Positions 38,125 through 49,984 of a stretch of DNA of 64,000 nt are shown here, piece by piece (the stretch's first letter is position 1; each line of letters opens with the position of its first letter). Both the position numbers and the translations under genes were made by a program. The notes beneath the pieces were generated by a model that saw nothing but the letters and a program-made list of their open reading frames with translations, had not been told where the DNA came from and did no database searches. The DNA comes from Isurus oxyrinchus. Its lineage: Eukaryota. Location: positions 23,870,001-23,934,000 of the forward strand of contig JANJGN010000026.1 of the NCBI GenBank assembly GCA_026770705.1. The letters are read 5' to 3'.

Positions 38125-38485
38125 GCGAGACAGTGGTGTAGTGGTTATGTTGCGCTAGTAATTGAGCGACTGTGGCGGGTGTTGCGCGGTTTAAATAACT
38201 CCAACAGCATGCGGTAAATTTAAGTTTAAATAACAAAACCTGGAAATGAAAGCTAATAGTGACCCTGAAAGTAACATTGATTGATGCACGGATGTTCTTT
38301 GGGGAAGGAAATCTGCGATCCTTACCTCGTCTGGTCCACATGTGACTCCAGAACAACAGCAATGTGGTTGGCTCTTAACTACCTCCGAAATAGCCTCGCT
38401 AGCCGCTCAGTTCGAGGGCAATTAGGGATGGGGAACAAATCGGTCTTGTCAGCGACTCCCACAACCCACCAAATAATTTTAAAAA
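38125..38485 (+). mobile_element. HE1-like SINE
   Basis: tRNA-like head gtggtgtagtggttatg; 3' tail gggcaattagggatggg shared with the HER1-like LINE. Confidence 0.85.
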
Positions 38486-38764
38486 GCCAAAAAGAATGGT
38501 AAGGAGCATTCTAAACAAACTAATGACGCCTCCAGATAATGACTGAATGGCTCCTTGGCAGCCACCCGAATGCTTAATGAAGAAATAAAGAATGAAACGA
38601 GACAAGAACGAACCAGCAAAAAAAAAACACATGAAAAAGATGGAGGCAGAGGTCATGAGCTATAATTGTTGAACACAGTGTTGAATCAAGAAGGCTGTGA
38701 AGAACATTGAAAAATAGCAGCATTGCTTTGAAATTGGTATCAGAGTTTTTATACTTTCTTACAT

Positions 38765-39200
38765 ATTGTCAGCCCTGGTTCAGTTGGTGACACACTCCCA
38801 GCTGAATCACAATGTTCTGGGTTCAACCTCACTGCAGGACTTGAGCTCAAGAAATCAAGGCTGACGCTCAGGTGCATCACTGTAGGAGAACTGCATCGCC
38901 GGAGATGACGTCTTTCGGCTGAGACATTAACCGGAGTTTGTACCTGTCTGCTCAGATGAATATAAAATATCACATGAAATTTTTTCTAAGAAGAGCATGG
39001 GAGTTATCCAATTTTTATCCCTCAATCAACCTCACAAAAACGAGTTATCCCATTGCTGTATGTGAGAGTTTGCTGAATGGAAATTAATGACTACACTTCC
39101 TACATTACAACAATTGTCACGCTTCAAGAAGCGCTTCAATGGCTATAAGCCCTTTCTGACGTCCACTAGTCGTGAAAAATGCTAACTAAATGTAACTTTA
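38765..39200 (+). mobile_element. Deu-domain (SacSINE1/AmnSINE-like) SINE
   Basis: tRNA-like head, then gtctttcggctgagacattaaccg...aagaagagcatgggagtt. Confidence 0.75.
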
Positions 39201-39579
39201 TTTCGTTCTTTGATTATCATTTACGATGCTATTACCACTATTGACATATTGAAACATCAGCAAGAAAGGTTCGTTATGCATCCATTTGGGTAAGGTTCAA
39301 AGAATAAAAGCATATTATATGACTGGAATAATGAAATTCCAATTTACACACAGTGTGAGATCAAAATGGGCAACAAGTTTTCACCTAGACTGGAGCAGAG
39401 AAACACACCGGAATTGTTTGATTTTGAAAAGGAAGAGTAGAATTAGGGTCCCTCTGGAAAAGCGAACACCAAGAAGGAGGGAAAATCTGTTCTCATTTAC
39501 AACTATCCTGTGAAATACAACTTGCCGGATTCAGAGGCAGTACATGCACCTCAGAGTTATTAGTGCACGCTACAAGAGG

Positions 39580-39745
39580 ACAGTGTGAAACACTCAGTGT
39601 GGGCGCCGCGGTATGAGTTCAGAGAGCGTGAACTAGTCCCAGTGAGAAACCCTCAGTGTGGGCGGCCCAGTGTGAGCTCACGGACTATGAGCTGGTGTCC
39701 TGGGATAAGACTGAGTGTGGGGTGCCGCCTGTGAGTTGAGAGGCA
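39580..39745. repeat. About 59-bp tandem repeat, 3 diverged units
   Basis: ctcagtgtggg / ctgagtgtggg at 39593, 39652, 39711. Confidence 0.7.
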
Positions 39746-39759
39746 AGATAAGTCTTGCT

Positions 39760-39963
39760 TCAATTGTATTGAAGCTTGCTTAAACTGCACCCGGAGTGCT
39801 GCGTGCAGTTTTGCTCCCTTTACCTCAGAAGTAGTGTCGTCATAGAGAGAGTGCAATGAAGGTTCACCAGGTTTGTTCCAGGGATGGTGGGACTGTCTTA
39901 TGAGGAGAGATTAGGGAAACTGGGCCTGTATTCACTTAAGTTTCGAAGACTCAGAAGTGATCT
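39760..39963 (+). mobile_element. CR1-like LINE internal fragment
   Basis: gttccagggatggtgggactgtcttatgaggagagattagggaaactgggcctgtattc. Confidence 0.85.
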
Positions 39964-40396
39964 GTGTCTGCTTCGCACAGTGATAGATTCCGGCGTCTTG
40001 GATGGCTGTGTTGTCTAATGAGATGGTGTTGAACTTCTTCACTCAATCAAAGGACAGTGTGTAGCGTGCTTTGGTGACGCTGTCCTGTTATAAGGAGCCG
40101 ATAAGTGTCGGAGCCCATGTCAGTGTCTGTCTGTACCAGGCTACGGTATAACCAGAGGCAATGGAGAGCCGACAGCCCAGTCCAACCCATTTCCCTTCCC
40201 AATACACCACCTGCTCATGGTGGGAGCTCTGGTCCTCACACTGGATGGATGTAAACAAAGGAAAAATTAATCAAACCACGACAGGGTATTAAAAGATTGG
40301 TAAAACAATGCATCTGATTGGATAAATAAACTCACACAATATCCAGAGCATCGGGGATCCTATTGGAAATAGGTCTTTGCAGGGGTTTCTGTTCAT
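39961..40396 (-). pseudogene. TCR V pseudogene of a distinct family
   Basis: Leader 40396-40336 + GTGAGT; acceptor CAG changed to CAT; ..GLGCRLSIASGYTVAWYRQ..L*QD..FD*VKKFNTISLDNTAIQDAGIYHCAKQ; RSS cut after CACAGA. Confidence 0.88.
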
Positions 40397-41406
40397 GAAG
40401 ATGAAGATGAACAAAAGACAGATCAATCAGAGTCTGATTTCCAGGCTGGAACTTACTGCCGGGACCAAGACTCCCAATGGTGGAAAGGATGGTGAGAGCT
40501 TAAAGCTTCACATTCTCCTCTTCTCGTGAATGACTGATGAGTGACTTTCTCATCAATAGGCTTATTATTGGATGTTATCATCAGACGTTATTCAGTGGTT
40601 CATTCAGGGATTGGCTGTCTCAATGCAAAGAACTCTTGACCAGTCACTGGGAATGAATTTCTCTTTCTCTTTACAACTATAGATAATTTTATTCAGGGTG
40701 ATTGGATCTCTGGGGTATTTCTAAATCCAGTGGTCATCGCCGGCTCAGAATCATTTAATTTAGCAGTTTTGTTTCCTGGTTCCTCATTGCCTGTCTCAGA
40801 AGCCCTGAATAAATTCACTCCTTTGCCTTTAAATCTATATTTGCTTCATATTTGCTTTCTGTACCAGGGCAGTTAATATTTACCATGCCGTCCCTATGCT
40901 CTCTGGTCACTAAGGCTTCATTGAATGAGACAAACATAAACTACCTTTACTGATTGATTTTAACTCCGATATCAATGGGACAACTCCAGACTGACGTTCA
41001 CGCTGCCTGGAGATGTTTACGCATAACTGCGTGCTTGTCGAATTTGTGCAATCCTGTAGTCAACCCCCTGTTACCTTGCATTCATTCCCATGCATTTAAG
41101 TGTGGAGGGATTGTTTGCTTTAAGGGGAGATTGACCCACCAAAGAGGGAGACATCAAGAAAGACAAACTAAAAATGTCAGAAAAATGGAGGTAATCAGAA
41201 AAATCAACTGTCTGCAGCTCTCATTGATTGGTGGGGAACTGACATCAGCTCCAACAGACTAGCCAATCCCCTCTCGGGTAAACGCCCCTCTGTTTCTCAA
41301 AAAGTGAAACCTGATCCTGATCTGGGTTGCACTTTAATATCAGACCAGAGGGATCAACATATTTAGAATAATCTGTGGTTTTCTGTTGAGCTCGATACCA
41401 GGCACC

Positions 41407-41883
41407 ATGTGCTCCCCATGTTCCTTACTGATCATAATGGTCTTGCTTCCTGGTGATTCTATGTCTACATAGTCAGTGTGTTTACAGCGGTTATATTTCC
41501 TCCCTGACTTTTGAAACATTCTGCATTTGTGTAACAGGAACAAGTGGCGTGGATTCAATGTCCCAGGATCCGTCTGGATTAATGATTCTGGAAGGACAGA
41601 GCATAACACCAGACTTCAGTTACTCGACAACCGACCCTGCCCCAACTCTTTCCTGGTACATCCAACATCCCTGCGAAGCTCCGAGATAGTTACTGAAAAT
41701 GTAAAGCTGGGAGATGAAGAAAGGTCTCCAAACTTAACAGAAAGGTCCTCTGCTGATTTACACAAAGGAAACAAAACTGTTCATTTAAATGTCTCAGGGA
41801 GTCTTTTCCCTGACAGCGCCGTGTATTTCTGTGCCATGGATCCCAAACTGCTGCAGAGATATAGCGGTTCCGGTGCAAAAACC
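41407..41883 (+). pseudogene. TCR V pseudogene, inverted paralog of 49985-50419
   Basis: Leader MCSPCSLLIIMVLLP G|GT (41407-41452); exon from 41538; first Cys changed to Phe; stop at 41687-41689 plus frameshift; RSS CAAACTG-24bp-GCAAAAACC. Confidence 0.95.
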
Positions 41884-42799
41884 CCACTGTGAGTTCCAGT
41901 TTGTGCTCAGCAGAGGGCGCTCGCACACCGCTAAACAGAATCAATAAAGCAGCCTCAACAGTGAGGGTCACAGGGACCTTCCTAAAAGATCCAAGAAGGA
42001 CACCAAACGTTAGCCGAATTATATTAGCTGATTTCAAATCGAACTTGTATCACCATCGATTTTCATAAATCTATTGGATTACTTTCATTTACTTGTTGCC
42101 TTTTGATGCAGTTTCTGTGCCTGTCTGTAATATTAAACAACTCTTTCCCCATCTCCCCTGTCGGTTTCCTCGACACTTTGTCTGCAGCCTGTTCACATGG
42201 TTTATTTGATCAGAGTGTGTTGCTGGGTCGGAGACAGTTTATATACAATAAGCACATCTCATCATGCAGTGATTGTGATCTCCAAAACAAACTTCAGGTA
42301 AAAAGTTCACTCATTGACCACTGAGCTTCAGAATGCTGGAAGATTTTCTGTCACCATTAAAAACCCCGAGTTTGCTGGTGATAATGAACTGACGAAGATT
42401 TATTTCCCACCACACCCGTCTCTAAAAGTACAGCTTTTCCTCTATCTGACTGTAGTCCGGCTTGGGGTGTTTCAGTGTCATTCAGCTCACCACCGAAGGA
42501 TGTCACAGGCCCATGGAGACACAAGGAAGTGAGATGAAAGCTACCTGAGACATAGCAACACACTATTGAGGGTGGGGATTAGAACAGGTACCTCCAAATC
42601 TGATTCTGTGATGATCTGCCAGTCAAATGGATTCTGCAGTTTGTTCTCTTGGCCGCTCCTGCAAATTGTTTGATTCGAGGTTAATGTGGTTTCCTCTCGG
42701 GTTCTGTCTGAGTGGCTGACAGTGCCGCTGAACATTGTTGCTGTAGCTGCCTGAGATTCGATACAACCCTCAACCGACAGGGATTCCCAGAATGGAGTG

Positions 42800-43070
42800 A
42801 ATGAAGTTTCACTAGGAAGGAAATAAATATTGAGAAGTCATCTAATGATAAGGAGCGGACTGAGATTGTTCCGCAGGATGGTCCTTCTCTCTGCAATGCT
42901 GCAGCCAGAGGGATCCTCTCTCAGAGCAGAAATACCGAGCCCCGCCCCACTGAACTGCTGACACAAACAATGCCAGTCAGAACAGAGGCAGCAACCGGTC
43001 CAATAATATTTGGCAGGCAAGGCGGGCCAGAGAGACGGCTGCAAACGGGAAGCTGTGGAAGGGGCTACAG
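42800..43070 (-). pseudogene. Orphan promoter and leader remnant (MENRLAP family), V exon absent
   Basis: Homologous to 44155-44410. Confidence 0.7.
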
Positions 43071-43656
43071 CAGGCAGTGTTATCACACATCGGACCTTTT
43101 TGTAAGGAGCTGAAGTCAGAATAGTGATAATATCCTGTTCGAAAATGATGTAACTTTGCCTCTCTCTAAGAGCTGCTGTACGTTCACATTCATTCCATAC
43201 TGGGGGAGGGATGAACACAGGCGTTTCAAAATTAGTAAATTATTCCGTAATAAAGGGAATCTTCCTTTGCAACCTCGAATAAAACTGAGCCTGAATCTAT
43301 GGACTGCTGGGTTAGTCTGAGTTAATTTACAACAAGTATCAATGACCTGAAACGTGTAAAGCGAAACTGGAAGAAGAGAATGTCTGAAATTATTGGTAAC
43401 GGGTGGAGACAGAGGCTGAGAAAGAAAAGGTCGACAGAGAAAGGCATCCAAGGAAAAGAAAGGTGAGTTAAAGCACCATAGATCGATTCATGATTATCAT
43501 TTTTCTTAGATGTGTGAGTTGAAATCGCACGTTGATATTACTGCTAAAGTGCTCATTGTCGGATCTTGTAGGGGGTTGTGTTTTGTAGCAATTTTACGAA
43601 GGTCCCTGTGACTCTCACTGTGGATGTGAGATTATTGCTTCTGTTTATCTGTGTGA

Positions 43657-43675
43657 GAGCGCCTTCTGCTGAGCA
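43657..43675 (-). promoter_or_regulatory. RSS-adjacent CTCF-like motif
   Basis: ctcagcagaaggcgc, 24 bp 3' of the nonamer; paralogous motifs near 14424, 36044, 41906 and 49908. Confidence 0.7.
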
Positions 43676-43697
43676 TTAACTGGAACTCTCAGTGTTG

Positions 43698-43737
43698 GGT
43701 TTTTGTACGGGATCCGCTATATCTCTGCAGCAGTGTG
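43698..43737 (-). other. RSS with 24-bp spacer
   Basis: CACACTG-ctgcagagatatagcggatcccgt-ACAAAAACC. Confidence 0.93.
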
Positions 43738-44236
43738 GGTTGCATGGCACAGAAATATACCGCACTGTCAGAGATCAGGGCTTTGCAGATCATTAGCTCG
43801 GTGACCTTGGCTGTTTTATTCAGCATAGCTGAAAAGCGATCGGGGATGCTGGTGTGTCTGAATAGATTCCATCCCAGGATATGAAGCATGTACTGTGGAG
43901 GCTGCCCGGGATGCTGACTGTACCAGTACACATAAGGGTCAGAATCGCTTGTTTTCAAGGTGCAATTTAGGGTGACATTTCTTTTTTCTTCTGCAGTTAT
44001 TTCAGCAACCGGTTGTTCCACTGTCTCTGGGTGGCTCCATTCTAACATAAAATATAATAAAAACAATAATTAGCATCAGCATCATATTAATCAATACAAT
44101 CATCATCATCACCATTTTCTTACCAACAGTAACATCTGGGTTACAGCTGTCAGGAGGAGAATGGAGTTTTACTGGGAAGGGAATACTTACTGAGAAGTGA
44201 TATAATCATGAGGAGCGGAGCGAGACGGTTCTCCAT
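43738..44236 (-). CDS. TCR alpha/delta V segment, apparently intact (exons 44236-44191 and 44041-43738)
   Basis: MENRLAPLLMIISLL-K-WSHPETVEQP..LNCTL..YWYSQHPGQPP..SDSAVYFCAMQP; phase-1 GT-AG intron. Confidence 0.95.
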
Positions 44237-45193
44237 GATGCTTCCTGGGCCTGTAACTCTGCAATGCGAGAAATACTCTGTCGGAGCAGAAATACAGATC
44301 TCAGTCTCACAGCATTGCTCAAACAACCAATGACAGGAATGGACCAGCGGCAGCAATCTCTCCAATAACACAATCGGGTCAGAGCGAGAGCAGCAAACAA
44401 AGCTGTGGGCGGCAATACCGCAGACTCAATATTGAGTGAAGTTGCGGTGACTCTCAGCTGCACCAGGAACTGGTGGAGCGGAAAAGCGACGGTTGAATCT
44501 GCAGAAGCCTCTGACTATCCTGCACCTGTTCACTGTTCAACTGGCTGAGAACATATAAGATGGGAGGAACAGGAAGGGCTTAGAATCATAGAGGAAGAGC
44601 TGAAGCCATTCGGCCAATCATGTCTAGGCCTCATTGAAAGAGTGATCCAATTCATCTTTCACACCCGCATTTTCCACATAGCCAGATATTTTGCAGTGGT
44701 TCCAGCTCTGAACACATGGTCGTGTAATAATTGAATATGATCTTTCCCTATCTTTTTTGCTCTCAAAATGGTGGCATTGGATTTTCGAAGTTTCTACTAA
44801 TGGAAACATCTATCCGCTATCTATTACATCAAACGTCTTATCACTTTCAATATTTCAATTAAATGTCCCCTTTAATAATTTGGCAGAAGAAAACTAATAT
44901 CAGATTCTCTAGCCTGCTCACATTGAAGGCCGTCACCCCAGGTGTCATCTCAGTCAACATTCTCCAATATCTTGACATTCGTGTAAATCGTGTTTCTTCG
45001 GTGGCTAATCAGTGATTTGCAAAGGATTTTCATTACTTCCCGCCATAAAAATCAACAAAAATAAGGGCGCAGCCTGATTAAATCCAATTTAGATTCATGG
45101 GAAAACATATCTGACATTGGTGTTTTGTTATGTGAATCAGTCAACCCGAAATGCACTCGATGGCACCAATTCTCAACCGGTTTGAACAGAATC

Positions 45194-45212
45194 CACCAGC
45201 AGAGGGCGCCAA
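45194..45212 (+). promoter_or_regulatory. CTCF motif between divergent V genes
   Basis: ccagcagagggcgcca, near-consensus; also at 57153-57168 (+) and about 34412-34427 (-). Confidence 0.8.
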
Positions 45213-45274
45213 ACCAAAGCATGCTAATTAGAGAGTCCCCCAAAGCCAACAAGGATGGTATCTTGAGTGATGTC

Positions 45275-45558
45275 TCTCAGAGTAAGGAGTCGCCAATTTA
45301 AGACAGAGGTGAAGAGGAATTTATTCTCTCAGAGGATGGTGAATCTGTGGAATTCTTTACCTCAGAGGCCTGTACAGGCTGGGTCCTTAAGAATATTCAG
45401 GCTGAGATAGACAGATTTTTAATCAATAGGGGAATCAAGGGTTATGGGGAAAAGGCAGGAAAGTGGGGTTGCAGATTATCAGATCAGCCATGACCACATT
45501 GAAAGTCGAAGCAGACTCAATGCGCCGAATGGCCTATTTCTGCTCTTATGGCTTTATG
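45275..45558 (+). mobile_element. CR1-like LINE 3' end inserted in a V promoter
   Basis: Typical CR1 tail; the flanks join up in the paralog at 57230-57245. Confidence 0.88.
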
Positions 45559-45686
45559 GTCACAATGTCCCTGGCCCCCTGCAGTGAGTGGGTGGAGCAA
45601 TGAGCTGAACAAAGCTCGGGTTCCCTCCCTCCTTCTGAATCTCTGGATCATTCCATTCACATTCAGTGAGAGTGATTCACTCAGAC

Positions 45687-46185
45687 ATGTTTCTGATAAT
45701 ACTGGCAGCTGTATTGGACAGTAAGTGTTGGATTATGTTCATAAAGATAGGTTAGCAAAGAACTTGTACTGGGAATTAATGTAGTTAGCGACAGTTTGGT
45801 AAATGGGAATTTAAGCACACTCATAGAGGTCGTTATGCGTTTCGATCGACTCTCTTTAAACTTTTGCCCTTCTCTTCATTTTCGCAAGCGGGCAATGAGC
45901 ATATCCATTAACTCGGTCACCGGTGACATTAACTGAGCCAGAAGGGGACTTGGTGCAGTTAGATTGAGTATATACAGTAGGCGATGGTATCGGCAGAAGC
46001 CTGCACAACCTCCTAATTGAGTAAGTAGCAAACTAGTAGGACTGAAAATAGATAAAATCTTAGGACGATATCTGGTGGCTGCTGACGAGTCTAAGAAGTC
46101 TGGTTATCTCAATATAAGAGGCATGAGTGCGGAGTGTGCTGTGAGGCCCAGTGTCAGATAAAAGCCGAATACCTGCACAGAAACC
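45687..46185 (+). pseudogene. TCR V pseudogene (MFLIIL family)
   Basis: Leader 45687-45720 + GTAAGT; acceptor degraded; TGA at the first Cys; DGAVYY deleted; RSS CCCAGTG-23bp-ACAGAAACC. Confidence 0.92.
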
Positions 46186-46709
46186 TTAGCGAGTATTTAC
46201 TGCTCAGTTAAGTGTTTTTGATGTCCATCTGCAGCTTTAGTTTGTTACCGGGCTCACAGGGAACAAAAGCTGACAGATTTATTTTGATACGTTTGCATTG
46301 CTGCCTTCGGCCTTGTACAAATCTGCAGAGAGCCAGCCTGGGAAAATTTGGAACTCGTCTCTATGGCCCGAGTTATAGCTCTTCAGTAAGTATCTCGGAG
46401 CTTGCCTGGAAATTGATGTACTAACAGAGGTAGAGAAAACTCACAGATATGGAGTACCTATAGCTGATCATTATGGACTGTTCCTCCACACAGTTAACTC
46501 AAAGGGATCCAGGGACATTTGGACGACACCACACATTACTGAAACAAAACAAAGAATTTGTCAAAGTCTGGGATTAAATTTAACACATGAAATAGACAAT
46601 GTCGCTTTAAATATAAAATTACCAAACAGCATGACCAGTATCATAAAGGACTGTAGCGTCTGGTGTAGGCTTCGATAGAAAGTAACTGAATTTTAAACGG
46701 CTTTTCAGG

Positions 46710-47865
46710 TGAGGAGGTGAGGTGAGCATGACATCAAGGCAGCATTTGATGGTGTGTGGCTTCAAGGAGCCCCAGAAAAACTGGAGTCAATGGGAATCAG
46801 GGGAAAACTCTCCACTGGCTGGAAGCATACCTAACAAAAAGAAAGGTGGCTGTGGTTGTTGGAGGTCAATCATCTCAATCCCAGGACATCACTGCAGGCG
46901 TTCCACATGGTAGAGTCCTCGGCCCAACCATCTTCAGCTGCTTCATGCGTGACGTTCCTTCCAATGTAAGGTCAGAAGTGGGGGTGTTCACTGATGATTG
47001 CACAATGTTCAACACCATTCATGACTCCTCAGATACTGAAACAGTCCATGTCCAAACGCAGCAAGGCCTGGAAAATGTCCAGGCTTGGGCTGACAAGTGG
47101 CAAGTAACATTCGCGCCACACAAGTGTCAGGCAATGAATATCTCTTACAAGTGAAAATCCAAGCATCGCCCCTTGATGTCCAATGACATTGCCATTACTG
47201 AATGCCCCACTATCAACATCCTGCGGGTTACCATTGACCAGAAACTGAACTGGACTAACCACATAAATACTGTGGCTACAAGAGTAGGTCAGAGGCAAGG
47301 AATCATGTGGCACCTAACTCACCTCCTGACACACCAAAGCCTGTCCATCATCTGCAAGGCACAAGTCAGGAATGTGATGGAATACACTTCACTTGCATTG
47401 ATGAGTGCAGCTCCAACAACACTCAAGAAGCTTGAAACCATCCAGTGCAAGCAGCTCGCTTGATTGGCACAACATCCACAAACATTGACTCCCTCCAGCA
47501 GAGACGTACAGTAGCAGCAGTGTATAGCATCTACAAGATGCAATGCAGAAACTCATCAAGGCTCCTTGGGCAGCGCCTTCCAACCCAGGACGACTACCAC
47601 CTAGAAAGACAAGTACAGCCGATAGATAGGAACACCATCGCCTGGAATTTCCCCTCCAAGTCACTCACCATCCTGATTTGGAAACATATCGACGTTCCTT
47701 CACTATCGCTGCGTCAAAATCATGGAACTACCTTCCTAACAGCACTGTGGGTATACTTACACCACAGGGACTGCAACGGTTCAAGAAGGCAGCCTCACCA
47801 CCACCTTCTCAAGGGCAATTAGGGATGGGTGATAAGTTCTGGCCCAGCCAGCATCCTGTAAAATG
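46710..47865 (+). mobile_element. CR1/HER1-like LINE, RT and 3' end, frameshifted
   Basis: AGVPHGRVLGPTIFSCFM..FTDDC..WADKWQVTFAPHKC. Confidence 0.95.
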
Positions 47866-49944
47866 AACTAAAATTGCAATTGAGCGTCATACAAGATAAG
47901 ACAATAAAGCAAAGTCTAGCAGGAGATAACGGATCTGATCAGTGAAATAATGCTGTCAGAAATAGAGATCACCCTCATGCTTTGGAACGAGTAAGATGTC
48001 CAGGAATATAATCACTAAAATGAAGCTTAGATTTATGTGTAGGATGTTATCGACTTGTATAAAATAACTGTCTGAACATTCAAGCCAAGAGAGGGACATG
48101 GTGAAAGCATCGCTGTTCTGTATCAAACTGAGACCAACACCAGTTACATTTTGTCCAGAGGACTCGGCTCTCTGGGACTTGTGATTACAAAGTGAAACTT
48201 TGTGGGCGCTTCAACATTGATGGGGTGTCGGGGAGCGGGTTGTTCATGCGTCAGAGTATCCGCTCGTGTGGCGTAATTATGCGGCCTGTGTGACATCACC
48301 TTGTAAACTTTGTGGCGTCATCCGACAGTTTGTGAGATGTCAGACAGTCTGCTTTGAGGATCATAAGCATCATCCCGGGAACTGACCTGAATATCAAAAC
48401 CTGAGTTTAAAAGAAATAAAAGCTGATCAGAAACAGGAAAGACGGTTTAACCTGTAGATTCATTTGGTAATTGACCTGATGGTCGGATCGGATTCTGCAG
48501 TTTGTTTTCTCGGCCGCTGTTGGAAACAATTGTTGACAGTTTGATCCGAGGTGAATGTGGTTTCCTCTCGGTTTGTGTTTGAGCGGCTGACAGCCCCGCT
48601 GAACATTGTGACTGCACCTGCCCGAGATTCAATACAAACCCAATAGACAGGACCTGCCAGACACAGCCCAGAGTACGGGAGTGAGACTGTTTTCATTCAT
48701 AAACTCCGGCTGTGAGTCCTCCTTCTGACCAACTCTCCCGAATCCACTTTCCCCCCTCAGAGAGAGAAAGGTACGACTGCCTGAATGGTGCTGTTTTTTT
48801 TTTTGCCTCACCAGTTGCCTGAAAACATGAGTATGTAAATACAGCCCGAACGGGAACAGCCAGTACTAGAATAAAACACAGTTCACCCCATGTAATATCA
48901 TAGATCGTACTTAAAGCAGCCACTTCTCTTCCCTCGAAGCAATTGAGGACTGTAGCTGAGTGAGAAAATCTCCATGATTCAGATCTGAAATGCATGTGCA
49001 AACAGGAAATTACCTGACTGGAGGGTGTTTAAAATTCGAATTGAAACCTTGATTTGTTCTATTATTAGCTGCCAAAATGCCTCACTCCTACACCCCCCTC
49101 ACACCACCACCACTGCCCACCCCCCAACCACCCCACCATTTCAAACCAAATGCTGGGTGGCTGCAATGTCGCTGTCCGCTCTGTAAAATGGAAATTGAGA
49201 TTAGAAGAAACTCGTTTTAATCTGCACCATCAAATATCTTCTGATGTGCTTCAGGATCCTTTCACCTCATTTCCTTGTGACCCAGTGGTGCTTTCAGACC
49301 TGTAGCTGGGAACCGGCTGTCAGTGAATGGCAACAACCCGAGCTGGACTATAGTCAGTGCCCTTATAAGAGGAATGGCTACATGGTTAGGGACAGGGGTG
49401 GGGATGGATCTCCTGGTCTAGTTATTACAATTCAGAAGCACTAGTTTGTTAATGTCGTCAGAAAAAGTTTGACACTCAAAAGCAGAATGAACATTGCGGG
49501 AACTCTGTGCACGTGCCTTGTTTTAAAGGGTGAAAACACAACCTGATGAAACCTAGTCTTCATTTTTTATACACTGTTTCTGAACCAGCAAAACATTCTG
49601 ATCAAATTGACACTATGTGCAGGCTTTGACAAAAAGGGCCTAGAAGGAGGGAGTGGAGACGCGGAAAGGGCTGCAGAATAGTTCAGGCAGGCAAGGAAAG
49701 ATCATCAAAAGGCTAAATGCGAGTTAAAGCAATACAAATGTATCTGTGGAATGAAATTTTGCTACAGTTACAAGTTAAAGTCAGCTAAAATAATTCCTCA
49801 GTTGTTGCTCGCCCGTTCTTGTGCAGCTTTATGTTTGTTTTGATATTTTATTCAAGACTCTGTGACCCTCACAGGCTGAGTTATTGCTTCTGTTTATCGA
49901 TGTGAGAACGCCCTCTTCTGAACACTAACGGGAACTCCCCGTGG

Positions 49945-49984
49945 GTTTTTTGTACGGCATCTGCTATATCTTTGCAGCACCGTG
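49945..49984 (-). other. RSS with 24-bp spacer
   Basis: CACGGTG-ctgcaaagatatagcagatgccgt-ACAAAAAAC. Confidence 0.9.

Noticed and set aside
43770-43800. Extra Cys (MICKA) as a NARTCR-supporting V hallmark
   Set aside because: It lies in FR3, the gene has its own leader, and the paralog at 35467 has Gly there
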